This document shows positions 1 through 13,544 of a DNA stretch of 64,000 nt, piece after piece. This DNA comes from Octopus vulgaris. Its lineage: Eukaryota. The number at the start of each line of letters is the position of its first letter. Position 1 is the stretch's first letter. Made by a program: the position numbers and the translations under genes. Where the stretch lies: contig OX597817.1 in the NCBI GenBank assembly GCA_951406725.2, forward strand, positions 131,254,001-131,318,000, given 5' to 3'. The notes below the pieces were generated by a model. It worked only from the letters and a program-made list of their open reading frames with translations. It searched no databases and was not told where the DNA came from.

Positions 1-306
1 TGTAGAATTGGCCCCAGCGGCACCAACAAGGGACGCTGTGCTTTTTTCCATCCTACCTTATGTCGTAGACTTGTTAAGGGCACCTGCCCCTATGGTATAA
101 CGGGAAAAAACTGCCCTCACCTCCACCCTAAATGCTGTCCTAAATACAGAGCCAATGGTCCTGATCCCAAATATGGATGCACAAAAGGCAATGGATGCAC
201 CTTCTTCCATCCTAAACTGTGCCAAACTTCTGTATCAGTAAGGATGTGCTTGAACACAGAATGCAATCACCACCATCTGAAGGGCACAAAACGATCGCAA
301 AGTTAA
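1..306 (+). pseudogene. LINE ORF1 fragment with tandem CCCH zinc fingers (5'-truncated by window edge)
   Basis: Frame 1 is open 1-303 (TAA 304-306): CRRLVKGTCPYGITGKNCPHLHP, CPKYRANGPDPKYGCTKGNGCTFFHP, CQTSVSVRMCLNTECNHHH. It lies directly upstream of the APE-RT ORF2 and is absent from the ORF track because it has no start codon. Confidence 0.75.
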
Positions 307-3300
307 ATATAAACAGCAACAGAGAAGACCTACGACAACAACAAAAACAAAATACAACCACATTTCACCTCCTACAATCAATTAACGAAGACAGACCCAA
401 GAAAAAAACATAAGACCAAATAACATAAACATGAACTATGTATCCTCTGACCAAGTAGCAAACCAAAGAGGCAATTCTTTTTTAGTGACTTACCTAGAAA
501 ATATGAAGGCTGATCTAAGCCAGGAGATCCAACGAGCTATCAGCAACCATTTATGCAAATCACAAGGACCACACACCCACTACCAACTAGAAAATCATAC
601 ACACACAGCTCCATACAAAAACTACCCACATTGTTACCTCTGAACACCATAAAACATAACTTAGAACAATGCAAACATCAAACTATCCTTGACATTCCTG
701 TTAAATATACGTGGCATCAACCCATCAAACATTGCCCAAAAATGGAAGGTCTCATATATAGAGAGTTGGCTTGCTGAAACGACACATTGCTTCCCTTTCT
801 TTATCCTTACTGAAACTCACCTAAACAACACAAATATGGATGCCGAGGAGAAAATAAAAGATTTCACCATCGTTCGTGCAGATGGCACAGACCGAAATAA
901 AGGAGGGACAGCCATCTTTATCTATGACTCCTTTTCAGTTGATGCCAAGGACATATTTTCCAATGGCTATTGTGAATCTATATCACTGTTCACCAAAGCC
1001 AAAGACATAATTATTGTTTGTCTTTACAGACCTCCCTAAGCACCTCTAAAGTACTTTGAAGAGTGCCTTAACAAAATCAAGTCCTTCCTTCAAAAATACA
1101 ACTCCGGGAACATGTAATGGGTGATTTAACCTCCCTCATATAACTAGTAATGGGTGATTTAACCTCCCTCATATAACTAGTAATGGATGATTTAACCTCC
1201 CTCATATAAACTGGCCCACAAATACTCTGAAGTTAGGCAAATGCTCTACATCAGAGAAAGCAGCAGCAGAATTACTCTTTAATCTAATGGATAAATTCTT
1301 CCTGACTCAGCTAGTGCTCGAACCAACAAGACAGAATAAAACGATCTTGGATTTAATATTAACCAACCACTCTAGCTCCGTTCACAGTATTTCAGTTGAA
1401 AAAACTCTCCTCTCAGACCACGACATGGTTCTCTGCAATCTTAATTCCCGATATATCAAAACCAAACCAGCCAATCCCACTCATTTGACAACATAAACTT
1501 CCACAAAGCGGACTGGGGAGCAATCAGGAAGGATCTGTCTTTCATCGACTGGTCTTTTACTCTCAATTCCACCCAAATTGAGACCGCATAACAGCACTTT
1601 GAGAACATTGTCACCTATACATGCTCAAAACATGCTCCTACGAAATCCACTAACACAAACAGAAACCGGCTTCCTAAAAAGAAAAAAAAACAATCATGAG
1701 GCGCATCAAAAGACTCAATAAAAAAAATCAACCAATTAAAATATTCCCGCATACAACATCCACATTCAACAACAATGAAAAGGCTGGAGTAGGAAAAACT
1801 TCATCTGCAGACCCACATGAAAACCTCCATTGAAAATCAGAGCTGTGGAGGAACAGTGTGTAATCAAAAACATCAAACAGAACCCAAAAGTGTTCTATTC
1901 TTATGCAAATAAGCATAGAACCACTATGTCATCCATTGGGCCATTGATTGATGATAACGGCATTCCCCAACACGATGCTAAAGAAATGGCAGAAATACTG
2001 CAGAAACAATACTGCTCTGTATTTTGTGTTCCCACTGATATTGACGTAAGAGAAGCGAACGAAGTTGATGCCCAACATAAAATCTCAGACATAACCTTCA
2101 CTGCCTCTGATATCATAGCAGCAATAAATGAGGTCAAATACTATTCTGCTGTAGGCCCTGATAGATTCCCCGCTAGTCTCCTGAAGGAATGTAGACACCA
2201 ACTTGCAGTCCCTCTGGCCAACCTCTGGACAAATTCGTTAGACTCAGGTTATATACCGAAACAGCTTCTATCCCAGTCTGTCATACCGGTTTTCAAACAG
2301 GGAAACAGATCCCTTGCAGTCAACTATCGCTCAATCTCACTCACCTCCCACATCATTAAAGTGTTTGAAAGAGTGTTAAGATCAAGGATAGCTGACTTCC
2401 TGGAGACCCACAAACTCCTAAATGCAAATCAGCATGGCTTTCGCTGTGGCAGGGACTGTTTAACACAGCTCTTACACAACATTGAAGATATACTTAAAGC
2501 CTTGGGAACAGGTTCGAACTCTGATGTCATATATCTTGACTTTCGACAGGGTTGACCATAATATCCTACTCTCAAAATTGGCAAATGCTGGAATCCGTGG
2601 AAAACTTCTACACTGGATTAAGTATTTCCTGGCGAACAGAACACAACATGTTGTAGTCAATGGAGTTCACTCAAGTCCAGAAAAAGTCACCAGCGGTGTC
2701 CCCCAGGGACTGTCTTGAGCCTACTCCTCTTTATAATTTACATAAACGACCTTTCCAGTGTCGTACATTACTGCAGAGTGAAAATATTTGCTGATGACAC
2801 TAAGCTCCATCAAATCATCAATGAAGAAGCAGATCGAACTCAACTCCAGTCTGATCTATATGCTGTGAGTCAATGGGCAGACAGAAACAAAATGCAACTG
2901 AACGAGGGAAAATTTGAGCTGATGCATTTTGGAAGAAAGTCCACACTAAAACAGCCATACTCTCTTCCTTCAAGGGAACCGCTCACAACCTCTAACAATA
3001 TCAAAGACCTGGGTGTAATTGTTGATGACAATCTCAGTTGGAGTTCCCACATCAACAATAAGGTCGATATAGCTCGTAGGATGAGTTCCTGGATCTGAAG
3101 AACCTTCCGGTCCAGAGAACAAGGTGTCATCATACCACTTTTCTCCTCCTTTGTACGGCCACACCTCGAAAACTGCTGCCCACTGTGGTCTCCCCATGCA
3201 AGACAAAACATCTCGAGGATTGAATCACCCCAGAGGGCATTCACTAAACGAATTGAAAGCATGGTTGCTCTCTATTATTGGGACTGCCTTAAAGCCTTGA

Positions 3301-3770
3301 AACTCTACTCTCTCCAGCGCCGCCGTGAGCGGTACATCATTTGTACCATGTGGAGAATGTACCGCCAACTTTGCCCAAACGACCTGAACATTAGCTTCAA
3401 GGTTCATCCAAGACTGGGACTACAGGCCATACGTCCCCTGCCTAATTCAGGATCACAGCATATATGTACACTGCAACATAATTTCTTTTCCTCAACAGGC
3501 CCTGCCCTATTTAACATTGTCCCGAAAGAAATCAAAGAGGAAAAGGATCCCATCAACTTTAAACGGAGTTTGGATAGATTCCTTCAAGGAAAACCAGATA
3601 AGCCACCCATAATTGGATACAACTCACCCAACAAAATCTCACTACTTGAATGGACCATAAACAAAACTTGACTTAAACAGGATTTAGATAATCATATCAG
3701 CTGGTGTTATTAAGTTAGATATGGCCTGGACCAATCTTTGGTCGAAACATATCTAAGTTTATCTAAGTTT
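1..3770 (+). mobile_element. Decayed CR1/L2-group LINE (APE endonuclease + reverse transcriptase)
   Basis: Fragments LNIRG, LTETHL, LYRPP, GDFN, LDLILTN, SDH (APE). YRSISLTSHIIKVFER, QHGFR, YLDF/FDRVDH, SGVPQG, FADD (RT). Several stops and frameshifts; short 3' tandem atctaagttt x2. Confidence 0.93.
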
Positions 3771-3779
3771 ATATATATA

Positions 3780-5705
3780 CTTTATTTAAAAGCAGCAGAA
3801 ATATAACAAAATATGTTACTCAGAGTCTCACGTTCCCGTTCGTCGGACAGTTTTGTTTAGATAGAACTGAAATAACAATTTGATCAAAGCTAGTTAAAGG
3901 ATACACCTTTAAAAATGGATTTCTTTCATTTATTCTTTCAAATAACGATCTTAAGCATGCGATAAACAAAATACACAAAATAAAATAAATTCAATATAAA
4001 TTATAAAAAAATCTAGGAAAAACCTTAAATCGAAGAGCGGATTCAAAATACATATTTTCTTTATATATATAGAAAATATAATTCAATTAATACAATTAAT
4101 ACATAAAAATTAAAACTTATCAAAATATTTCACAACAGTATCTACTCATACTAAACCATCAATACACATATATACATCAAAATACACAGACAGATGTACA
4201 CAGTCCACATACATATACAGACATATAAATGCAAAACGTAAATATACACACAAATACACATATACATATGTATACGCAATCTTGCCCGCATGCAAAAATC
4301 GCTTGGTGTATACATATAGACTAGAAGTAAAACGCAGAGAGGGGGAAGAAAAAGTAAAGAAAATGTAACGATCTTATAAGCAACAGATAGCTAAAGAAGT
4401 GAGTAAGAGATGGGGGGGGGGGGGCGTAAAGTTACAGGACTCTATACAAGTAACGAATAGGGAGAGAAAAAATAACAAAAGAAAGGAAGAATTTAAAGAA
4501 GTCTATAAAGAAGTCTGAATATGCGTAACGAACGTTCATAAAATAAAATTTCGTATACATGTGTATATAAAAGTGTATATTAGCAGTACATACATGTATA
4601 AGAACACATATATAAATATATAGAGATAAGTACTTAAATACACATCCACACAAATTCAATTGAATACACGCATACATATACATCCATGTATGTATGTGCA
4701 TAAGTATAAACATACACGCTCACTTACACATATACATAAACGCGAGCATACGAATACATATGCATGTCAATACCAATATTCACATAAAGCCATGTCTAGG
4801 ATCTGACGTATAGACAAACAACATTATTTGTAAAAATTGCCGAGTACATAATAAAATTTAGATAAAAGACAAGCAAAATATAACACCCTATAACGAATTA
4901 TCTATAAATTAAACAATTAAAGTGGGTTTATAAAATACAATAAGATTAAATAAAAGCAGAATCCTAAACAAGAAAATAATATTAGTATATAACAGTCGAA
5001 GGTTTTTCTTAAGAAATATATCGAAATGTATACAAAAACTTTGCGATGCGGAATAAATCATGCATAATACGAAACAAATCCAACAGTGTGATTAGAAACT
5101 AGTCCAAGAATCAAAAATATACGCTATCCATATGGGATATTGCTAGTCGGCATTTTAAATTTATCTGCGTGTCTGCATGAATTCAAGAGTTCGCTTCGTT
5201 GATTTAAAGAATTATTGTCTTGGAATAAAATAAAATATTTTTCCAGCAGACATAAGTCGCACTTGAAATTTCTTTTATGGGCACAGTGCCTGTATGATGC
5301 CGCTCTATCCAAAATACTCCATGACACGTTGAAAGGTCGGGCTTCTTTTTCTTTTAATTCCCAGACATATTTCGCCAGGCTGCTCTTCGTCCTATTTTCA
5401 GGTATCTAAAGGAACTTTTATGCGAATAAAATCAGGTTTTAAAAGAATTTTCAGAAGCCCCTGTATAAGTTCTATATTCGCTTGAGCCTTCTATCTTCAC
5501 CTTGGCTCTATATACGATTCCTTTCTCCAGACATTTCCCTTCCAACGGACGGGAGGACCCATCTTTGCAATTACATTTTTAAGAGGATCGGCACTATGCT
5601 TATTAACAATTATCCTACTGTTGTGTTGGTTAACGAAAGAGGCGAAGTTTCTGCAGCAAGAATAGCTGATCTTAAGCGTTCTTCTATTAAATATTCTCTA
5701 AAATT
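3780..5705 (-). mobile_element. Penelope-like element 3' part (GIY-YIG endonuclease, long AT-rich UTR, pLTR)
   Basis: Minus strand CNCKDG..PLEGKCL, KGIVYRAK, YTGASENSFKT, KYVWELK, CDLCLLEK, LNQRSE..CRH. Degenerate hammerhead at the distal end; flanked by (TA)n. Confidence 0.85.
3814..3849 (-). ncRNA. Minimal type I hammerhead-like motif, degenerate core
   Basis: tgt-CCGACGA-acg(ggaa)cgt-GAGA-ctc(t)gag-TA-aca. All three stems pair, but the core has U4C and GAAA->GAGA. Confidence 0.55.
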
Positions 5706-5959
5706 CATATATATATATATATATATATATACTGTGACATATATGTATAATGTATGTGCACGTCTGTTTTCATGTGTGCGTGTGTGTTTTGCATACGTGT
5801 GCGTGTGCGTATGTGATCGGACTAAGTTTGAAGGTTTTCGCAAAATATCCAAAACTAAAACAATTGTTAAGACCAAAATATATCATTTTTATAATAAGGT
5901 TTTCTCAAAGTACCTTCCTCCTCCTCATCTTCCACCACGACCTCAACAAGGCTCCGGAT

Positions 5960-6680
5960 GCTGACGCATGCATTGCTCACTGTGTCCCTGGGAGGAGTTT
6001 GCAACATCTCCTTGATCTTGGTCACCAGCTCCGCAGTGGTATTGCAAGCAGCATGGTTGGCGTGATTCTCAACCGTGCCCCACTCAAAAGTAAAGGGATT
6101 ACAATCGGGGAGGTTAGGAGGCCAGAAATTGGGACTGATGAGGTCATAGAAATTCTCCGACAAGCTCTTCGGACTCTTTCTGGAGATATGGCATGGAACT
6201 GAATCATGTTTCCACACACATATGACCTTGCAGCAGCTACCCTCTTTCACCAGGATTTGACCACAGTCACTAACAGCTTCACATGGCCCTTTGGACTCAG
6301 TCTAATGTTTTGCTCAAAGATGTGGGTATAAATCCCGGTGCGTGGACGCACTCAGAACACCTGATGTCTCCCTTCCTGCTGGTCATGGTTCGTACTCTCC
6401 GTTGCGGCTGTCCATGCCACGCCTCACTGCCCTTCAATGTTCATAGAGCACCGAGCAAGAATCATGATGTCAGTATTTTGATACTCGGCGCCACTCATCA
6501 TAATAAACAAACTCTTTTCCAATATTCGATGGTTTCCAGTACTCTATGTCAGATAACGATTTCTTGACTACAGCTTTAATAATTATGCCCTTCAATGCCG
6601 TTGACTGTTCATCAATATATCAGGCGGTCCGTGAAAACTAGAAACACAAAATGCGGTCAAGTTTATCCCGCACATCGTTT
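5960..6680 (-). mobile_element. Tc1/mariner (IS630-like) transposase remnant
   Basis: WPPNLPDCNPF..WGTVE resembles the WPPxSPDLNP..WG catalytic motif; heavily disrupted. Confidence 0.7.
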
Positions 6681-6688
6681 ATATATAT

Positions 6689-7412
<724 letters not shown>

Positions 7413-7967
7413 TATATATATATATATATATATATACAAGTATGTATGTATGTATGTATGTATGTATGTATGTATGTATGTATGTATGTATGTATGTATG
7501 TATGGATCCATTCGAATAAAAACTCTTCAAAATGTTTGCTTAAAATAATGCAGCTAAGGATAAAATTTGAATACTAAAAATTATTTGATTTTAATTTTCA
7601 AAGTAACATTATAATTAAAAAAGGTACCATCATTTTGTTAAAATATTCACACACTAGAATATTAAAAGAAGTACGAGTCAGAAGTACGAAAAAAGCTAAA
7701 GTTTTCAGCAAAGTAGAATAGTATATTTGGTAGGCAAATTCAATATGCAAAAAATAGGCATTGGGTCAAGACTAAATGTGAAGCCGTGGCAATAACTCAA
7801 GCAAATTGTACTGTGAATTTTACTTTAACGTATAACTAATTTTTGTATTAATCAATTTATAAATTTTTTCAAATTTCTAATTATTAATTAAACATTTTTT
7901 AAATGAATCTTTTTAAAGTGCCAAAAATATTTTGAGTTATTAAAAAAATTTAAATAGAAGTAATAAC

Positions 7968-8185
7968 GTGGAGTCACATGGCCTAGGGGTTAGAACAGCG
8001 GATTCGCGATCGAGGGATCGCTGGTTCGAAACTCAGACGGGCGATGAGCGAAACAACTAAGCTCCACGCGGCTCTGGCAGAAGGTATAACGAACTTTTGC
8101 TGACTGTTTCGCCCCAACTTTCTCTCTTCTTTCCTGCATCTAGCAGCTCACCTGCAACGGACCGGTATCCCGTCGAGAAAATAAA
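7968..8185 (+). mobile_element. tRNA-derived SINE
   Basis: A-box TGGCCTAGGGG and B-box GGTTCGAAAC, followed by a non-tRNA body. Confidence 0.65.
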
Positions 8186-8498
8186 TTTATCTTTGTGCAT
8201 AATAATACACCAAACTCCAAGAGAAGCCAGCGGAGTACAGACAGTGATTCGTCGAGCTCCTTTTCCTTGTCTTTGGGAGATAACATCTCTATCATTTGCG
8301 CTGAACAAGAACTACAGAGAAAGCAGAAATCAAAACATACCAACCCATGATAGTATGCTGGAATTTCTGGGAAACACATGTACTTATCATGTGTATTCTT
8401 ACTCTACGTACTCCATTCTGATTTTAACATTAATTGGATCCTCTTTGTTTTGAGTTCTCATACTGAATTAATTCGAGCGTGGCAGCGCTCAGTTGCCA

Positions 8499-8535
8499 TC
8501 AGTAAATGTTTTCTATATGCTTAGTTCCAAATGTC
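8499..8535 (-). CDS. Candidate host gene, last coding exon (RTFGTKHIENIY*)
   Basis: Acceptor atattcag|G; 70-nt GT-AG intron from the previous exon; phase 2 continues to TGA at 8501-8499. Confidence 0.45.
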
Positions 8536-8605
8536 CTGAATATTTTATAAATATAAGCAAGTTTTAATGCGAAACAATTAAAGACTAAATGGTCTGCTAC
8601 CGTAC

Positions 8606-8666
8606 CTAACACTGCATTCTAGATTTTCGAAGATATAATGTCTGCAGTGTTCCATTATATACATCG
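8606..8666 (-). CDS. Candidate host gene, coding exon 3 (AMYIMEHCRHYIFENLECSV)
   Basis: Acceptor tcactcttccccttcggcag| and donor TAG|gtacgg. 61 nt, stop-free only in phase 1, which is the phase the upstream microexon requires. Confidence 0.6.
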
Positions 8667-8683
8667 CTGCCGAAGGGGAAGAG

Positions 8684-8745
<62 letters not shown>

Positions 8746-8932
8746 ACAATTATTCGGTAGCCATGATAAAACTCCGAGTTTCGGATGTCGGGGCGGAAAC
8801 CAACACCACCATCCGAAACTCGGAGTTTTAACATGGCTACCGAATAATTGTCACATTATATTTACAGATAAATTGCTCAATTTACATAATATCGAGGTAT
8901 TTTTCATTGTTTTGTTGTCTTACCATTTCTAT

Positions 8933-9054
<122 letters not shown>

Positions 9055-9109
9055 TTGTATTTATGTATGTGTGTGTCTATGTATATGTATATATGTGTGT
9101 GCGTGCAGC

Positions 9110-9595
9110 TATGTGTACGGACAGATTAGAAATGTTGAGATACTATTTAAAGTTGTGTCAGATGTTCGAAAGATTCTCTTCAAAACAGTGTGCCAATCTC
9201 CAACCGGACACTGCATACTACAACGCAGACTTCTTTGTACTACGTGTAGTATGTAACGTTGTTTGTAGCACAGGGGAAGTGGTAAGTGATATGGAAGGAA
9301 GAGTTGGGGCTGGGTAGATGAGTGGTGTTGTAGAGAAAGAGACAGGTGTTTCAACGGAAGCAATAACATTCGAATAGTCCAGGCTGGATAAAGAGAAGAA
9401 TGAAACGACTATGATCCAGAAGGGACTGGAATTAAGAGAATGCTTGGGGAAGTTATGGGATGTTCCAGGACCAAGTAGGAAGTGAGCGACGGCTCATAAA
9501 ATGTTGTGGCCAAGCAGTATTTGCAGGGAAGATTTACTTTCCCGCTGAAGAGTAAGCAACAAAACAAGAAATAGCCATTTCTTTAATTTCCTCTC
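9110..9595 (-). mobile_element. Highly decayed PLE GIY-YIG remnant
   Basis: [45 protein letters not shown] and [12 protein letters not shown] align by eye to the PLE at 24300-24520. Confidence 0.7.
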
Positions 9596-9609
9596 TGCGA
9601 AGAAAATAT

Positions 9610-9671
<62 letters not shown>

Positions 9672-9741
9672 AAACAGTTTATAATACGTGTACAAATCAA
9701 GACAGGTGTGAATACAATAGCCATTAAAATGCAAAACTTAC

Positions 9742-9769
9742 CGACACTTGGTGTAGGTGTAGGTGTAGT
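9742..9769 (-). CDS. Candidate host gene, 28-nt microexon (TTPTPTPSV)
   Basis: Acceptor taatttcag| and consensus donor G|gtaagt; enters in phase 0, exits in phase 1. Confidence 0.62.
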
Positions 9770-10057
9770 CTGAAATTACATAGAAATCGTATTTTGATAT
9801 CAGATATGCATGTTGTGTGTATGTGTTTGTGTATACACACATGCACGCACATATATATATATTTTACAATATAAGAGCAAAAGAAAAATTCTAATGCCAA
9901 ATATGACGAAAAAAAGACAAAAATTGTCAATTAACCATTAGAATTTTCTTTTGCCCTTATATTGTAAATTATTTATCAATTTAACCTTTAAAGGTATTTT
10001 TTGATATGCTGGCCATTGATGAAATTTTTTTCGCGAAAACATTTTATCCTACATTAG

Positions 10058-10116
<59 letters not shown>

Positions 10117-10779
10117 AGTTTTAATCTCAGCAAAACACTGAACATCCGAGCAAGACTAAATTTTTTCTCAACTAGGTCGTCCCATAAGATACACCTTTAG
10201 GGCTTTGGTTGCGCATTATATAGGAGTCACAGGGCGCTGTTCCATGTGGTCAGCAAGACTAAACAGGGGAAAAATACTTTTAAAGTTATTTTTAAAGATT
10301 TTCTGTAGAAATTAGAGCCCACACTGAAAGTAACGACGTCTCTTATACAAATAGGTCTATGTAAACAAAGTAATGTGTGTATATGCATAATTCCAGGCGT
10401 TCTAGCTCCTTGTTTAACACCACATCCAAGATGTTAGCCATTTTGGAACATTTTGCTTAAATAGCCACCAGATATAGCAGTGTAGCACAATTGGATGGAA
10501 GAATCTCACCTAATAAACACATTTCTGGCAACTGGTACGTACATATTAATTGCTGGTATGGACGCCGCATTTCCTTAAGCAACCAGAATAATCTACCACG
10601 TGTATTAAAGGCTTATAAATTAATACTGTACCCCACCTGTGTTTGCAGCATGATTAAAGTAATTTCTGCCGAATATCCAACTATTAAAGGGAAAATTTCC
10701 AACAATTAAAGGGAAAAAATAATGACTGCATTTAGAATGCATCAGTCATAACCTATCACACAATTATCATATTTATCGT

Positions 10780-11790
10780 TAATGCAGAGGAGTGGGAATC
10801 TAACACAGCCAGAAGTCTATTATAAGATGTTCATAATCTATATTATATAGAATAATGGAAATTAATTACAAAAATAAATACAAAACACTAGCAAAATATA
10901 TTTTCAGGAGCCTAACAATTAAAAAAAGAGATGTGAGAGACAGCTGCGAGGAGAAAAGGGGACATAAAACAAAAATTGGAGCAAGTTATAAACCTCATCT
11001 AAAATTGTGCCTAGCAAGGAAGAAAGAACCCGTATGTTGGCAATATCCACAGTATGACAATAGATAGATAAAGAGTAAAATCGTGTGGGCTTAGAAGTTG
11101 AAAATAAAATGTAGGATGGATGTAATGAAGCAGATTGCATTAAATGCGGGATTATGTGGAGGTTTAGGAAGACAAAAATTGACCACATCATCTCTAGCTA
11201 GCCAGACTTAGCCAACGGGCATATATATGTGGATATAAAAAAATGGCATTTTATTTTATACTCTGGAAATTATGGCAGCTTTATGAAATACAATAATTCT
11301 TCCACTATCGCAGGTGTTACGATCCAAACTTCACTGTGATAGTAGAAATAATACTGTACTGTATAGAAAGTAGAAATAATGCTGTACTGTATATTTTTTC
11401 ATTATTTTTATAATTTATATATATTTATTTTATGCAAAACAACACCACGTAGGAATCGACGTAAGCTAGAATAATAAGCCACGATTGGTGAACCGCGATG
11501 TGGTGAGGGATTACTGTACACTGGATATGCTAATCCATGCAGACATGGAGATCAACGATAATTCGCTCGATATTATCGTCACAGGTACTAAAATGGATAT
11601 TTCAAAAGACAATAAAATATCTCTCATAACTCTAGAGAAATTATTCATAGAAAATTATCTGTAAATGGAGATAACAACTGTGTAGGGACTGAAAACAGAA
11701 ACAATTCCGATAGTAATAGGTTCTTGGGAATAGTAATAATACAAGCAGACAAATTCCTAATCAAAACCTCAGGACTAGATTACCATTCGT
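10780..11790 (+). mobile_element. Decayed R4/Dong-like LINE 3' half, interrupted by a MITE
   Basis: Remnants of IDHIIS..PDLA (zinc knuckle) and WDMxIHxD..DIIV (REL endonuclease), similar to the 28.8-30 kb element. Confidence 0.6.
11305..11517. mobile_element. Tc1/pogo-type MITE fragment
   Basis: End ggtgaaccgcgat..gagggattactgTA; related copy at ~52755-52935. Confidence 0.5.
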
Positions 11791-11928
11791 GAACTTAGTG
11801 ATGATGGCTGAGTCTACGGATTATTGTTCGTGTGTGGGATTATGATCATTATACTTGGTGTTAGTGCTAGTAAGTGTATATATTATTGGTAGTTGTAAGA
11901 AATCCATAAATGTATCAACAATCTATCG

Positions 11929-12442
11929 CAGGGGTCACCAAACTACGGCCCGCGAAATCAGTTCATCCGGCTCGCGTCGCCTTATACCTTTTGTGTAAGT
12001 ACCTGCAATGAGAGTTCATTTGGCTCTGATTTGGCATCAGTTTTTCGAACAACTTATGTCTGTGAGCAAGCATTCTAAAAAATGAAACATGTGAAGTCAG
12101 CACATCAAACGAGGTTGACTAAAGAACATTTGAAATCAATATTCTTGGTTGGATGCCGCAATTCCAAAGTAAATATTGATGATATCTTAAAAGCTAAACA
12201 CCAATTTCACAAATCTCACTAATCTTTTTTGCTCTTAGTTTGTGAAATTCGGATATGTGCGCACTGGGTGTGATATAACTATCTTATTGCTTAACATCGC
12301 CTTTGATAACTTGTTGGTAAATATGTTCATTGTCTCTATTTTTTGCGTATTCACTGTTTTGTATTAAACAAAATGGTTATGTGGTCCGCGCTCGTCATTC
12401 TCTCAGTTACCTGACCCACCGTAAAAAAATTGATTAGTCTTG
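11929..12442 (+). mobile_element. Non-autonomous hAT (Charlie-like) element
   Basis: Left TIR CAGGGGTCACCAAACTACGGCCCGCG. Internal SVFRTTYVCEQAF*KMKHVKS..RLT..HL (hAT dimerisation region). Imperfect 8-bp TSD atctatcg/atctattc. Confidence 0.8.
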
Positions 12443-12632
12443 ATCTATTCTGGTTGCCTCGGATATATTATAGTGATTTGTGCTCCCACAATATCAAATC
12501 AAACGTATTTGTTAAGTATTCTTAATGTTCAGTTCACGTCCTATCAATCAATAATTCTGTTCACAGATTGCATAAACCCCATCCTACCTTTGATAATTCC
12601 ACGTAGAGTACGTATAAAGCAAATAATCTTAC

Positions 12633-12791
12633 CTGTGGAATGGCTCTTTTCTCTAACTCTGATATACGTGAAGTCTGATGGAAGTAAGTTACAGTCATCA
12701 TAACAAACATCACACCGACCAGAATCAGAGGAGTGCCGAGTTTCTGGTGGAATTTGGCAAGAGAATCTCGTAGTTTTGAAGCAGAAATCAT
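12633..12791 (-). CDS. Candidate host gene, first coding exon: signal-anchor N-terminus (53 aa); exon spans 12844-12633
   Basis: Acceptor cttttccttcgacag|G at 12844, start context aacaaaATG, donor CAG|gtaaga in phase 0. MISASKLRDSLAKFHQKLGTPLILVGVMFVMMTVTYFHQTSRISELEKRAIPQ has a basic N-terminus and one hydrophobic helix. Confidence 0.72.
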
Positions 12792-12888
12792 TTTGTTGGC
12801 GGTTGTAGTATCTTCAACAGAGAAATTTTGTGCTTGGTGTATACCTGTCGAAGGAAAAGCGAACTGTGAAATCTCTGCTCTTGGGTCG

Positions 12889-12989
<101 letters not shown>

Positions 12990-13544
12990 TGTGTGTTTGT
13001 CCATGTGTATGTGTGTATGTGTATGTGCGTGCGTGTGTGTATACCGAAAAATCTCCAATTTCCTGTTGATATACGTACATAGTACACACAAACAGACACA
13101 AACACACAAAAACATACACATTGTATAATTTTTTCGCATTGTGTATATGGTGACAGAGGAGGAGGAATAGCGACGACAACGCTGAGGGGAAGAAGAAAAG
13201 CAAGTCGAGAGTTAGAAAGAGAAGTATGTACAATGTCTAGGGGATTGGTAGTTTCAATGTGACACCATCAGCAATGGCGGTCGTGGTGGAGGTGGTGGTG
13301 ACGATGTAGTTAAGAAAAGCGGATATCACAATGATGATTATTATAACAATGAAGGAGTGTAAATAAACATGATACACTCTGATATCCCTATAACCATTGG
13401 ACGTTTTAATCAATTTTTTAGTTTCATTAAAGTTTTGTGAAGATCCTATTAGGATATATATGTATAGTTTTCATTGATAAAATGCATGTTTCTATCCGTT
13501 TGTTCTATTTATTTAAGCCACATCTTCACGAGTAAATTTATAGA

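Noticed and set aside
7968-8045. tRNA gene
   Set aside because: A/B boxes are present, but there is no good acceptor stem or poly-T terminator and it continues into a SINE body; the same applies to the other SINE heads.
8430-8501. TGA at 8499 read as selenocysteine
   Set aside because: Only 22 further codons before TAA, no redox motif, and no SECIS recognisable by eye.
9109-9595. Apparent extra exons of the minus-strand gene (good-looking acceptors near 9594 and 9383, S/T/P-rich frame)
   Set aside because: Another frame aligns with the PLE GIY-YIG region at 24.3-24.5 kb, so this is a TE remnant; no convincing donor in a compatible phase.
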